From the NCBI RefSeq assembly GCF_051903065.1, contig NZ_CP178438.1: a stretch of DNA of 64,000 nucleotides. One strand, given 5' to 3'. The notes beneath the pieces were generated by a model. That model did not search any database and had not been told where the DNA came from. It was given only the letters and a program-made list of their open reading frames with translations. The position numbers were made by a program, and so were the translations under genes. The DNA is from Escherichia coli. Lineage in GTDB: Bacteria > Pseudomonadota > Gammaproteobacteria > Enterobacterales > Enterobacteriaceae. Positions 21,938-31,225 of the stretch are shown here, in pieces (within the stretch, counting starts at the first letter, position 1; each line of letters begins with the position of its first letter).

Positions 21938-22323
21938 AGCTGATCCTGCCTTTTCCGCCCAGCGTGAACACGTACTGGCGACACCCCAACAAAGGGGCGT
22001 TTGCTGGTAAGAGCCTGATAAGCGCGGCGGGGCGCAAATTCCAGAGCGCGGCGTGTGCAGCAATAGTTGAGCAGTTACGTCGTCTGCCAAAACCAACGTC
22101 GGCACCTGCTTCAGTGGAGATCGTGTTGTTTCCTCCGGATAACCGGATCCGCGATCTGGACAACTATAACAAGGCGCTGTTTGACGCCCTGACCCACGCG
22201 GGGGTGTGGGAAGACGACAGCCAGGTGAAAAGAATGCTGGTGGAGTGGGGGCCGGTTATCCCGGAAGGGAAGGTCGAGATCACTATCAGTAAGTACGAGA
22301 AAACGGCGGGTGCAGCCGCCTGA
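21934..22323 (+). CDS. rusA: Holliday junction resolvase RusA
   Basis: 129 aa, MKLILPFPPSVNTYWRH..., D-rich catalytic region RDLDNYNKALFDALT. Confidence 0.85.
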   Translation: MKLILPFPPSVNTYWRHPNKGAFAGKSLISAAGRKFQSAACAAIVEQLRRLPKPTSAPASVEIVLFPPDNRIRDLDNYNKALFDALTHAGVWEDDSQVKRMLVEWGPVIPEGKVEITISKYEKTAGAAA

Positions 22324-22342
22324 TTAAGAGGAGAAACGAAGT

Positions 22343-23140
22343 ATGAATAATCTGATGGTCATTGATGGTATTGAAGTTCGTCGTGATGCTTATGGGCGTT
22401 ACAGCCTGAACGATCTGCACAGGGCTGCCGGTTCTCAGGATAAGCATAAGCCTGCATTCTGGCTCCGCAATGAGCAAACCGAACGTTTAATACGCGAGTT
22501 GCAGATTTGCAACTCGGTCAATATAGAGCCAGTTAACGTTAGTCGTGGCGGAAATAACCAGGGGACGTATGTCTGCAAAGAACTGGTGTATGCCTATGCA
22601 ATGTGGATCAGCCCGTCATTCCATCTGAAGGTGATCCGTACTTTCGATATGGTAACCAGCGCACCGGAAAAATTATACGGGCAGGCTGCTGACAAGATGC
22701 AGGCTGGCGTGATTCTGCTGGACTTTATGCGCCGGGAGTTAAACCTGTCTAACTCATCTGTGCTTGGGGCCTGTCAGAAACTCCAGGAGGCTGTTGGCTT
22801 ACCGAATCTGGCACCACGCTATGCCATTGATGCTCCTGCTGACGCGCCTGATGGCTCAAGTCGCCCGACACTGTCACTGAGTGCACTGCTGAAACAGTAT
22901 GGTATCTGCCTGACGGCTAATCAGGCATATCACCAGATGGCGAAGCTGGGGATCGTGGAACAACGCGAACGATACAGCCGTACCGCGATTAACAACATCA
23001 AAAAATTCTGGTCGCTGACAGCGAAAGGCTGCATGTTCGGCAAGAACATCACCAGTCCCGCAAATCCGCGCGAGACGCAGCCGCATTTCTTCGAATCCCG
23101 ATTCCCTGAGCTGTTAAAGCTGCTCGATACCGTTCATTGA
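22343..23140 (+). CDS. KilA-N domain antirepressor-like protein
   Basis: 265 aa with an N-terminal KilA-N-like region (IDGIEVRRDAYGRYSLNDLHRAAG...KPAFWLRNEQT). Confidence 0.7.
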   Translation: MNNLMVIDGIEVRRDAYGRYSLNDLHRAAGSQDKHKPAFWLRNEQTERLIRELQICNSVNIEPVNVSRGGNNQGTYVCKELVYAYAMWISPSFHLKVIRTFDMVTSAPEKLYGQAADKMQAGVILLDFMRRELNLSNSSVLGACQKLQEAVGLPNLAPRYAIDAPADAPDGSSRPTLSLSALLKQYGICLTANQAYHQMAKLGIVEQRERYSRTAINNIKKFWSLTAKGCMFGKNITSPANPRETQPHFFESRFPELLKLLDTVH

Positions 23141-23141
23141 G

Positions 23142-24137
23142 GTGACCGTGAGAGCACTACTGACCCCTGAAATAGCCCCGCGTATGGGGATCGTATTGTT
23201 CAGACCCGGTTCAGAGCTGATGCCCCTGTTTATGCAGGGGCGTGTCCTGCTGGAGCCTGAGCCGGAACGTTATTCATCTTTCGCCAGTGGTGCCGTTCCC
23301 GCGGCATCACAACCGCTGGCGGATGATCCTGCCGTTCGGGCCGTGTTCTGCAATGAGGCAGTGATCCGTCGTACTGGTGGCGTGGAATGTCTTGAAAGCT
23401 GGTTACTTCGTGAAAAGGGCTGTCAGTGGCCTCATTCCGACTGGCACAGCGAGAACATGACCACAATGCGACACGCGCCGGGCGCGATCCGTCTGTGCTG
23501 GCACTGCGATAACCAGCTGCGCGATCAGTTCACGGAACGGTTGGAATCAATGGCAACGGATAACTGTGCCCGCTGGGTGTTGTCTGTTGTGCGTCGGGAT
23601 CTCGGTTTTGATGACAGTCACGTTGTGACAATGCCGGAACTGTGCTGGTGGCTGATTCGTAATGACCTGGCGGATGCCTTACCGGAAAGTGCAGCCCGTA
23701 AGGCACTGAGATTACCGAAGCCTGTTGTGCCGTCTGTCACCCGGGAAAGTGACCTTGTTCCTTCGGTTCCTGCCACCAGCATTATCCAGGATAAAGCGAA
23801 AAAGGTGCTGGCGCTGAAAGTGGATCCAGAGTCGCCGGAGTCTTTTATGTTACGCCCAAAACGTCGCCGCTGGGTTAATGAAAAGTACACGCGCTGGGTT
23901 AAGACACAGCCGTGTGCATGTTGTGGAAAGCCTGCTGATGATCCCCACCACCTGATAGGTCACGGTCAGGGTGGAATGGGTACAAAAGCGCATGACCTCT
24001 TTGTGTTGCCTTTGTGCAGAAAGCATCACGACGAGCTGCATGCGGATACCGTGGCATTTGAAGAGATGTATGGCTCCCAGTTGGAGCTGATATTTCGTTT
24101 TATTGATCGTGCGCTGGCAATTGGCGTGCTGGCCTGA
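23142..24137 (+). CDS. DUF968 family protein with C-terminal HNH-like zinc motif
   Basis: C-terminal CACCGKPADDPHHLIGHGQGG...CRKHHDELH. Confidence 0.65.
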   Translation: MTVRALLTPEIAPRMGIVLFRPGSELMPLFMQGRVLLEPEPERYSSFASGAVPAASQPLADDPAVRAVFCNEAVIRRTGGVECLESWLLREKGCQWPHSDWHSENMTTMRHAPGAIRLCWHCDNQLRDQFTERLESMATDNCARWVLSVVRRDLGFDDSHVVTMPELCWWLIRNDLADALPESAARKALRLPKPVVPSVTRESDLVPSVPATSIIQDKAKKVLALKVDPESPESFMLRPKRRRWVNEKYTRWVKTQPCACCGKPADDPHHLIGHGQGGMGTKAHDLFVLPLCRKHHDELHADTVAFEEMYGSQLELIFRFIDRALAIGVLA

Positions 24138-24151
24138 TTTGGTGGAGAAAG

Positions 24152-24502
24152 TTGATGCGTGATATGTATGAAGTATTGGACCGCTGGGGAGCATGGGCTG
24201 CAGCAGAAAATAGTGGTGTGGACTGGCAGCCGATAGCGGCTGGTTTCAAGGGACTTTTACCACACGGTAAAAAGTCACGTCTCCAGTGTGATGATGATGA
24301 AGGCATCATGATAGATAGTTGTGTGGCTAGGTTGCGTAAATATAAGCCGGAAGAGTATGAGCTGATAATTGCTCACTTTGTTATCGGTATCTCATTACGC
24401 ACTATTGCGAAGAAGAGAAAATGCTCTGATGGGACTATAAGAAAAAAGTTGCAAGCTGCATTGGGATTTATTGATGCAGTTATATATATAATACATGGGT
24501 AA
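24152..24502 (+). CDS. Q: antitermination protein Q
   Basis: 116 aa, position upstream of late promoter and lysis genes; Q-family C-terminus. Confidence 0.7.
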   Translation: MMRDMYEVLDRWGAWAAAENSGVDWQPIAAGFKGLLPHGKKSRLQCDDDEGIMIDSCVARLRKYKPEEYELIIAHFVIGISLRTIAKKRKCSDGTIRKKLQAALGFIDAVIYIIHG

Positions 24503-24510
24503 TTTATTAG

Positions 24511-24529
24511 ACGGCCATATTGGCCGTCA
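24511..24529. terminator. bidirectional hairpin between Q and cargo operon
   Basis: Perfect palindrome GACGGCCA-TAT-TGGCCGTC. Confidence 0.55.
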
Positions 24530-25714
24530 GCTAAATAAATATGTAATAGCATAAGGCGTAAGTAAAAAGTAGAACCTAAATGTAAGATATAAGCCACATA
24601 AAACTATAATTCCTAATGAGGCAAAAACAACTTTCTGAACAAGCAATCTTGTGGTTAAACTATCAAATGTATCCTTTATATCTTCGTAAATAGCCTTGAA
24701 GTTATATTCTGCTTGTTGTTTTTTATGATTTAACTCATCATTTATTGCTGTTAAAGTTTGCCATTGATTAAATAGAACAAATAGAATCATAATAGTGAAG
24801 AACAATGCACCCAACACTACAGCTGTATTTATTAATGCTTGACTATCCCAACCATTAGCCTGCTTCATTTGAGTCGCAACGATAATTGTTGCGACGGGGA
24901 TACCTAATATCTGATTTTGTATGTCACTGAATACTTTATGTATTTTTCCCATCTCTTCTATTTTGGCTACTCGTAACTGATCCAGTATTTTCTCGTAAGA
25001 AAAACCAGAAACGAATACTTTGTATCCTTTTTGATAACTTTCATAAAGTTGTCCTAAATCCCTTAACATGAAGGAAAAAGAGGTTTCTTTAGTTTTAGAT
25101 TCACATGATGATTTTATGCTACTTGCTAAAATAGTAAGTTTTTGATCTTTATGCGTATCTTCTGCAAAGTTTGCGATCAAATTATGAATCAGATCTCCAT
25201 TAACATTCATAAGATCATCGCTAGAATAATTTACTGGAATTTTTAGTACGTTGGATTCGACGAATACCAATTCAAAATTTGTTTCATCTAAATAAGCAGA
25301 ACAATCTTTGAATAAAGTAATTAAGCTCAAAACATCTCTGTACTTGGATATAATAGCAGGCGACTTTTTATCCCTGTTGTGATAATTAAGTTCGATTATA
25401 AAGAAGTTACTGGCTTCCTTTATCCTATTTTTAGGATTTTTTAAATACTCATTAAAAGAGAAATGTAGCTGCCCCAATCGTAATTTGGGGGGGGTTATAT
25501 GTAAGGTTATAGTTTGGCCTAACTCAATGTTGCCAGATTCAAGGGTGATGCCAAAATCATGGGGATTCTCTGTGATATCGTTGATGATGTCACAGAGCTC
25601 CTCGTTTGAAAGAATGAGTGATGCTTCAGATAGGGTACCTGCAAATGTAGCGGCCTTGTAAATAGTCACTAAGTCTTTGAAGGTTCTCTGATTGTTACTG
25701 CTCATCCTCTTCAC
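24527..25714 (-). CDS. membrane protein with two C-terminal TM helices (candidate effector)
   Basis: 395 aa; hydrophobic helices ALINTAVVLGALFFTIMILFVLF and VVFASLGIIVLCGLYLTFRFYFLL; AT-rich by eye; start overlaps upstream gene stop. Confidence 0.7.
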   Translation of the reverse strand: MKRMSSNNQRTFKDLVTIYKAATFAGTLSEASLILSNEELCDIINDITENPHDFGITLESGNIELGQTITLHITPPKLRLGQLHFSFNEYLKNPKNRIKEASNFFIIELNYHNRDKKSPAIISKYRDVLSLITLFKDCSAYLDETNFELVFVESNVLKIPVNYSSDDLMNVNGDLIHNLIANFAEDTHKDQKLTILASSIKSSCESKTKETSFSFMLRDLGQLYESYQKGYKVFVSGFSYEKILDQLRVAKIEEMGKIHKVFSDIQNQILGIPVATIIVATQMKQANGWDSQALINTAVVLGALFFTIMILFVLFNQWQTLTAINDELNHKKQQAEYNFKAIYEDIKDTFDSLTTRLLVQKVVFASLGIIVLCGLYLTFRFYFLLTPYAITYLFS

Positions 25715-26729
25715 CTAATTCTGATAAAATCTCTGATCTTAGCGTATCCGGAATCTCGGTAAGTATCAATTTATCGTTTTCTGAATCATAAAGAACGCTG
25801 CCATCATGCAAGGCCGCACGCTCGAATTTCAGAGACCAATGTTTGGACTTTCCTTTGAAACTAACAAGCCCACGTATAACGTTGCCATCAGGCACGAACC
25901 CATCAGAGAACTCCAGATCGTCATTGGTTAACTTTTCAACTAACAACTCAGGAGCAGTTGGCCATATCTCGTTTGCAAAAACTTGAGTGTCGAAAGCTTC
26001 ACCAGAACGATTTAAATTTTTTAATTTTTCATGAGCCTTATTTAGGAACTCTTCACGTGCCTCTGGTTCAAAACCTCTTTCAGTAGCAAATTCTAAAAGT
26101 GCATTCCGTAATTTTGTTGTTTCTTGTTTGGCAATTAGAATATCGTTACAACCTAAAAACTTTTTGAAATAACCTGCTACTGAATTTTGCCCCTTTAGAA
26201 AGCTAATATATCTCTCTTTGCCATTCTGGCGCCCAGTTAAGTCAATTCGTCCCGCTACTCGAAGTTTAGCAATGTCTAGATATTCACTTTCTTGAATTTC
26301 AAAATCGTGGACTGAAGAGCCAACTGCTGATGTTAGGATTGCAACCATCAAATAATGATTTCCATTTACCTCATTATGGGCAATTATTACATAACCACCA
26401 GTAGACATTGATTCATCATCGGCTCTGGCTTTTAAATGATTGATCATTCGGATACTAGTATCATAAAAACTATGTGTTTTATTTACGAAATAATCATCAA
26501 CGATATTACCCATAGGGTAACTATCGCGGTCATCTTCAAATTTACCATATCCTTTACCTGCTCTCCCAGAGTACCTTTCAGTAAGTGCGTTAGAGAGGTC
26601 TTTTGATGCTTGCTGAACAGGTTTTTCTGAAGGACAAGGAATAATGGTGGCTAACCCCTGTTGTTCCTTGTTCATAATGTGAACAATAAACTTATGAGTG
26701 ATATTAGTGGGGGTCGCTGATGCAGTCAT
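25695..26729 (-). CDS. NdpA/YejK-like (NA37 family) nucleoid-associated-type protein
   Basis: 344 aa; collinear motifs with E. coli YejK as recalled (YLMVAILTSAVGS, DIAKLRVAGRIDLT, RYISFLKGQ); AGGA RBS upstream of ATG. Confidence 0.65.
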   Translation of the reverse strand: MTASATPTNITHKFIVHIMNKEQQGLATIIPCPSEKPVQQASKDLSNALTERYSGRAGKGYGKFEDDRDSYPMGNIVDDYFVNKTHSFYDTSIRMINHLKARADDESMSTGGYVIIAHNEVNGNHYLMVAILTSAVGSSVHDFEIQESEYLDIAKLRVAGRIDLTGRQNGKERYISFLKGQNSVAGYFKKFLGCNDILIAKQETTKLRNALLEFATERGFEPEAREEFLNKAHEKLKNLNRSGEAFDTQVFANEIWPTAPELLVEKLTNDDLEFSDGFVPDGNVIRGLVSFKGKSKHWSLKFERAALHDGSVLYDSENDKLILTEIPDTLRSEILSELGEEDEQ

Positions 26730-26845
26730 AACAACATCCTTTTAATGGTTTTGAACAATTGGTGTTGATAATACTTCAAAAAATACTAATGCGTACGCAA
26801 AAAATACAGTACTCTGTTAAGAGTGGTTACTTCGCCACACAGCTT

Positions 26846-26875
26846 AAACCCGCCGTCGAGCGGGTTTTGTCGTTT
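26846..26875 (+). terminator. tR'-like terminator of the late leader transcript
   Basis: AAACCCGC-CGTCGA-GCGGGTTT hairpin followed by a T-rich tract, upstream of the holin gene. Confidence 0.55.
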
Positions 26876-27019
26876 CTGGGCTTTGGTATTCGTTGGGCTT
26901 GGTCTATCTAGCTCTTATCCATTGGCTCGGCTTCTTTTACGTTTCCGCTTCTGATTTGCGGTTCGTGGTACTCCCTCAATTTGCACCTCTTGTATCGGCG
27001 AGGTGAGAGATAACTACAA

Positions 27020-27346
27020 ATGCCTCATAACCCAAATACCTGGCTGGAGTTGGTCCAGAGCTGGTGGCGTGGAGACACACCGCTGGGCGCAGTGATTATG
27101 TCGATTGTTATGGCTGGTTTGCGCATTGCCTATTTTGGCGGTGGTGGTGGCTGGAAGCGAAAAACACTCGAAATTCTACTCTGTGGCGCTCTGACGCTGA
27201 CTTTTGCATCCGCTCTTGAGTATGTCGGATGGCCTAAATCGCTTTCTGTTGCCATTGGTGGTGGGGTGGGGCTGATCGGTGTCGATGCTATTCGTGGGGC
27301 TGCAATGAGAGTAATCGGTAATAAGTTTGGTGGCTCTAAGGAGTAA
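27020..27346 (+). CDS. holin
   Basis: 108 aa small membrane protein with TM segments, directly upstream of endolysin. Confidence 0.8.
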   Translation: MPHNPNTWLELVQSWWRGDTPLGAVIMSIVMAGLRIAYFGGGGGWKRKTLEILLCGALTLTFASALEYVGWPKSLSVAIGGGVGLIGVDAIRGAAMRVIGNKFGGSKE

Positions 27347-27349
27347 TTT

Positions 27350-27826
27350 ATGCAGGTACTAAATTCCCAGCGTAAAGCTTTCCTCGATATGGTGGCATGG
27401 TCAGAAGGAACGGATAACGGGCGACAACCGACACGTAACCACGGTTATGATATTATTGTTGGTGGTGAACTATTCACTGATTACTCCGATCACCCTCGCA
27501 AACTTGTCACGCTAAACCCCAAACTCAAATCAACAGCTGCAGGCCGTTATCAACTTCTTTCACGCTGGTGGGATGCTTACCGCAAGCAGCTTGGGCTGAA
27601 AGACTTCTCTCCAAAAAGCCAGGATGCTGTGGCATTGCAGCAGATTAAAGAGCGTGGCGCTTTACCGATGATTGATCGCGGCGATATTCGTCAGGCTATC
27701 GATCGTTGCAGCAATATCTGGGCTTCACTGCCGGGCGCTGGTTACGGTCAATATGAACATAAAATAGGTGACCTGATTGCCCGATTCAAAGAGGCTGGCG
27801 GGGTGGTAAATGAAGTTGAGCTATAA
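27350..27826 (+). CDS. R: endolysin (lambda R-type lytic transglycosylase)
   Basis: 158 aa, NSQRKAFLDMVAWSEGTDNGRQPTRNHGYDIIVGGELFTDYSDHPRKLV close to lambda R. Confidence 0.92.
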   Translation: MQVLNSQRKAFLDMVAWSEGTDNGRQPTRNHGYDIIVGGELFTDYSDHPRKLVTLNPKLKSTAAGRYQLLSRWWDAYRKQLGLKDFSPKSQDAVALQQIKERGALPMIDRGDIRQAIDRCSNIWASLPGAGYGQYEHKIGDLIARFKEAGGVVNEVEL

Positions 27827-28202
27827 GCTGGTTATCGCAGCATTCTTCTCTACTGTCATCGGTTCTTTCATCTGGTCTGCTAACCACTACTACAGCAAAT
27901 ATCAGCACGAAAAGAAACGTGCTGATGAGGCTGTACAAAATGCTGAATCCGCAACCGCTATTACCAATAATGTCCTGCAATCACTGCAAATCGTCAATAC
28001 AGTTCTGGAGGCTAACCAGCATGCAAAACAGCAGATCGCACTGGAGTCACAGAGAACCCAGGAAGATATCAAAGTGGCTGTTGAGAATGATGATTGCGCT
28101 TCCCGTCTTGTTCCTGCTCGTGCAACTGAGCGGCTGCGCCGGTACGCGGACAATTTACGTACCAGTTCCGGCGGTACCACTACCGGCGAACCTGACCGCT
28201 GA
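27810..28202 (+). CDS. Rz: i-spanin Rz
   Basis: 130 aa, N-terminal TM then coiled-coil; overlaps the endolysin end. Confidence 0.8.
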   Translation: MKLSYKLVIAAFFSTVIGSFIWSANHYYSKYQHEKKRADEAVQNAESATAITNNVLQSLQIVNTVLEANQHAKQQIALESQRTQEDIKVAVENDDCASRLVPARATERLRRYADNLRTSSGGTTTGEPDR

Positions 28203-28344
28203 AACCCCACAGCCAGCTATTCCTGATCCGCTGACTTACAGAGATAGTCTGGATTTAAACGTGAGCCTGCTGTCAGTGCTGGCTGCCTGTAATAGGGATA
28301 AGGCTGATATTCGTAAAATTGAAGCAGAGAAGAGTGAGCCATGA
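28087..28344 (+). CDS. Rz1: o-spanin Rz1 (lipoprotein, overlapped architecture)
   Basis: Starts within Rz in the +1 frame; signal peptide with lipobox LSGC; Pro-rich. Confidence 0.65.
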   Translation: MMIALPVLFLLVQLSGCAGTRTIYVPVPAVPLPANLTAETPQPAIPDPLTYRDSLDLNVSLLSVLAACNRDKADIRKIEAEKSEP

Positions 28345-28538
28345 AGCAGTAAAGTGGAAAGATCGCAGCAAGAAGTGCCTGTTCAGAATTAATGAAGATG
28401 CCTCAAATACCTAAAATAGCGAGTAGCCAGATGCACGTCAACTACGAGTGTGTGGCCAGCATAACGTTGTATAAACTAAGTGATAGCAGAGTTCAATATA
28501 CGTATACTGAGAGAACTATTTCTATTTGAGAACTGAAA

Positions 28539-29132
28539 ATGACGGACTATACTTTTTTTTACTGGATAGAGATGCTTCTTAAAGAAGGCAATGTTTTATT
28601 TATTGTTCTTGCTTGTTTGATTGTCTTTTTTACTTTAAAAAAAGAAATAATAATGGTTTTAGGTCGTCTTAATACAGTTAAGCTAGGTGACTATGAGATT
28701 AAATTTAAAAAAGAAATGTTTGAAATAGAATCTAAAAGTATAGAGGTTATTAAAAATTTACCTGGAACAAATCCTGTCCTGCCGACACAACTCATTGAGA
28801 ATTTCAATATTTTTGAGAGTCTTGCTAGTACTCAGCCTAATGTTGCTGTACTTTCAGCTTGGCGCGAATTGGAGTTAACCGCTATAACGCTTGCATCTAA
28901 AAAGGGGGTTGAGATCAACGGGACATCTTTAGGGCGGGCTTCAGGTATCGCTGCCTTGAAAAATGTCCAATCTGCAAACAAAATTTCTAGTGACATTGTT
29001 AAGCTTTATGAAAAAACAGGAGAGTCTATTAAGCCTATATCCCAAGGAAAGCTCTTATGTACTCAGGAAGATGCTTTGGCATTCTGTAAGAATGCAAAAA
29101 GACTTAGCAATTATTTAACATCCATATTTTAG
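28539..29132 (+). CDS. hypothetical membrane-anchored moron protein
   Basis: 197 aa, N-terminal TM helix (VLFIVLACLIVFFTL), AT-rich by eye. Confidence 0.55.
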   Translation: MTDYTFFYWIEMLLKEGNVLFIVLACLIVFFTLKKEIIMVLGRLNTVKLGDYEIKFKKEMFEIESKSIEVIKNLPGTNPVLPTQLIENFNIFESLASTQPNVAVLSAWRELELTAITLASKKGVEINGTSLGRASGIAALKNVQSANKISSDIVKLYEKTGESIKPISQGKLLCTQEDALAFCKNAKRLSNYLTSIF

Positions 29133-29174
29133 TATGTATCCATAGAGCATCCATTATTATTGGAGTAGTCGTTA

Positions 29175-29201
29175 CAGCAGGCATTCACTGAGTGCCTGCT
29201 G
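29175..29201. terminator. bidirectional hairpin between convergent moron genes
   Basis: CAGCAGGCA-loop-TGCCTGCTG inverted repeat. Confidence 0.5.
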
Positions 29202-29208
29202 CTGAACT

Positions 29209-29421
29209 CTAATAGCAAGATGGAGAATCTGCATTAAATTTTTGAGAGAGATTACTTATTTCATTCACTCCCTTATGATTAAGTAATAGCCTAATATTTT
29301 CTGGAGCCTTGAATATAAATGGGCCTTTTAGATCCTCGATGATTCCTCCTGCGACGCAGATCAAATGCTTGAAATCAACATCTTCAATTGTGGGCTTGGA
29401 GTCCAGATTATCGCTTGTCAT
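29209..29421 (-). CDS. small hypothetical protein
   Basis: 70 aa ORF convergent with the preceding moron; AT-rich. Confidence 0.4.
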   Translation of the reverse strand: MTSDNLDSKPTIEDVDFKHLICVAGGIIEDLKGPFIFKAPENIRLLLNHKGVNEISNLSQKFNADSPSCY

Positions 29422-29550
29422 TTAAAAACATCCTTTCTTGCCATTAGCAGCATTGAGCATGTTATGGAATCTGTAATTTAGGATGCTGGTACTACCAGTA
29501 CTTTTTTTGTTTCATTTTGTGAATCACCTCATTTACGAGGGGAGCCTATC

Positions 29551-29901
29551 ATGCCACCACGAACACCAAAAGCCTGCCGTGTTCGCGGCTGCCGCTCTAC
29601 AACCACAGACCCTTCAGGCTACTGCGAAAGCCACAAAAGCGAAGGCTGGAAGCAATACAAAACTGGACAATCCCGTCATCAGCGCGGCTACGGTTCGAAG
29701 TGGGACAGTATCCGCGCGCGTGTCCTGAAGCGTGACAAAGGCCTGTGTCAGTTATGTCTGCGTGCTGGTGTGGTGCGTGAGGCGAAGACCGTTGACCACA
29801 TCATCCCTAAATCGCATGGCGGCACTGATGTCGACAGTAATCTGCAGAGTTTGTGCTGGCCGTGTCATAAGGCGAAGACGGCCCGTGAACGGCTGAAGTA
29901 A
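29551..29901 (+). CDS. HNH endonuclease (terminase-associated)
   Basis: 116 aa with Cys-rich N-terminus and HNH core (VDHIIPKSHGG...CWPCH), directly upstream of the terminase genes. Confidence 0.85.
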   Translation: MPPRTPKACRVRGCRSTTTDPSGYCESHKSEGWKQYKTGQSRHQRGYGSKWDSIRARVLKRDKGLCQLCLRAGVVREAKTVDHIIPKSHGGTDVDSNLQSLCWPCHKAKTARERLK

Positions 29902-30017
29902 GAACCAGTTCCCACTGCCAGAGGGGAGGGGCGGGTCAAATCCCTGTGACCTGACGTCTTCCGGACTGCCCGCCCCATCGTTTTTTTATACCCGCGAAAA
30001 ATGAAATTTAACCAGGA

Positions 30018-30521
30018 GTGCCGCATATGGCTGGAACGGCGGGGCGTTCCGGGCGTCGCCCCAAGCCAACGGCGCGCAAGGCGCTGGCCGGAAACCCCGG
30101 CAAGCGAGCCCTGAACAAAGATGAACCTGTTTTTACGCCCATCAAAGGTGTTGAGCCACCGGAGTGGTTCGCTGAAGAGGATCTCCCTCTCGCCACGATC
30201 ATGTGGCAACTGACAACCAAAGAACTCTGCGGTCAGGGCCTGCTGTGCGTGACTGACCTAGCGGTACTTGAGCGGTGGTGCGTGGCCTATGAGTTCTGGC
30301 GACGTGCCGTGAAAAATATTGCCAAACAGGGCAACACCATCACCGGTGCAATGGGCGGTATGGTCAAAAATCCGGAGCTGACCGCCAAAAAAGAACAGGA
30401 GTCCGAGATGAGCAGTACGGGGGCAATGCTCGGACTCGACCCCAGCAGCCGCCAGCGTCTGATTGGCCTGGCGGGGAAGAAGAAAGCCACTAACCCGTTT
30501 CTGAAAATCATCGAATCATGA
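30018..30521 (+). CDS. terminase small subunit (P27 family)
   Basis: 167 aa, basic N-terminus, position between HNH and the large terminase. Confidence 0.75.
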   Translation: MPHMAGTAGRSGRRPKPTARKALAGNPGKRALNKDEPVFTPIKGVEPPEWFAEEDLPLATIMWQLTTKELCGQGLLCVTDLAVLERWCVAYEFWRRAVKNIAKQGNTITGAMGGMVKNPELTAKKEQESEMSSTGAMLGLDPSSRQRLIGLAGKKKATNPFLKIIES

Positions 30522-31225
30522 GCCGGAAATCTTACCCCAACGTAAATGCTGCCAATCAGTATGCCCGGGATGTCGTGCGCGGAAAGATTGTGGCCTGCCA
30601 GTTTGTGATTCAGGCCTGCCAGCGCCATCTTGATGACCTGATGGCGGAAAAAAGTAAGTCGTTTCGTTACCGCTTCGACAAGGACCTGGCTGAACGGGCC
30701 GCCAAATTTATTCAGCTGTTGCCGCACACCAAGGGTGAGTGGGCATTCAAGAGGATGCCCATCACGCTGGAGCCGTGGCAGCTCTTTGTGATCTGCTGCG
30801 CGTTTGGCTGGGTCAATAAAGGCTCCCGGCTGCGCCGCTTCCGTGAGGTGTATACCGAAATCCCCCGTAAGAACGGCAAATCGGCAATCTCTGCCGGTGT
30901 CGCCCTGTATTGTTTTGCCTGTGATAACGAGTTTGGCGCGGAAGTGTATTCCGGTGCCACGACAGAGAAACAGGCGTGGGAAGTCTTTCGCCCGGCGCGA
31001 CTGATGTGTAAACGCACACCCATGCTGACGGAAGCGTTCGGGATTGAGGTTAACGCCTCAAACATGAACCGTCCGGAGGATGGCGCGCGGTTTGAACCGC
31101 TGATCGGTAACCCCGGTGATGGATCATCACCCCACTGTGCGGTGGTGGATGAATATCACGAGCACGCCACCGATGCGCTTTACACCACGATGCTTACCGG
31201 GATGGGGCGCGACGTCAGCCACTGA
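30518..31225 (+). CDS. terminase large subunit, N-terminal fragment (ATPase), ends at a frameshift
   Basis: Walker B-like VVDEYHEH; reading frame terminates after ...[10 protein letters not shown]. Confidence 0.85.
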   Translation: MSRKSYPNVNAANQYARDVVRGKIVACQFVIQACQRHLDDLMAEKSKSFRYRFDKDLAERAAKFIQLLPHTKGEWAFKRMPITLEPWQLFVICCAFGWVNKGSRLRRFREVYTEIPRKNGKSAISAGVALYCFACDNEFGAEVYSGATTEKQAWEVFRPARLMCKRTPMLTEAFGIEVNASNMNRPEDGARFEPLIGNPGDGSSPHCAVVDEYHEHATDALYTTMLTGMGRDVSH

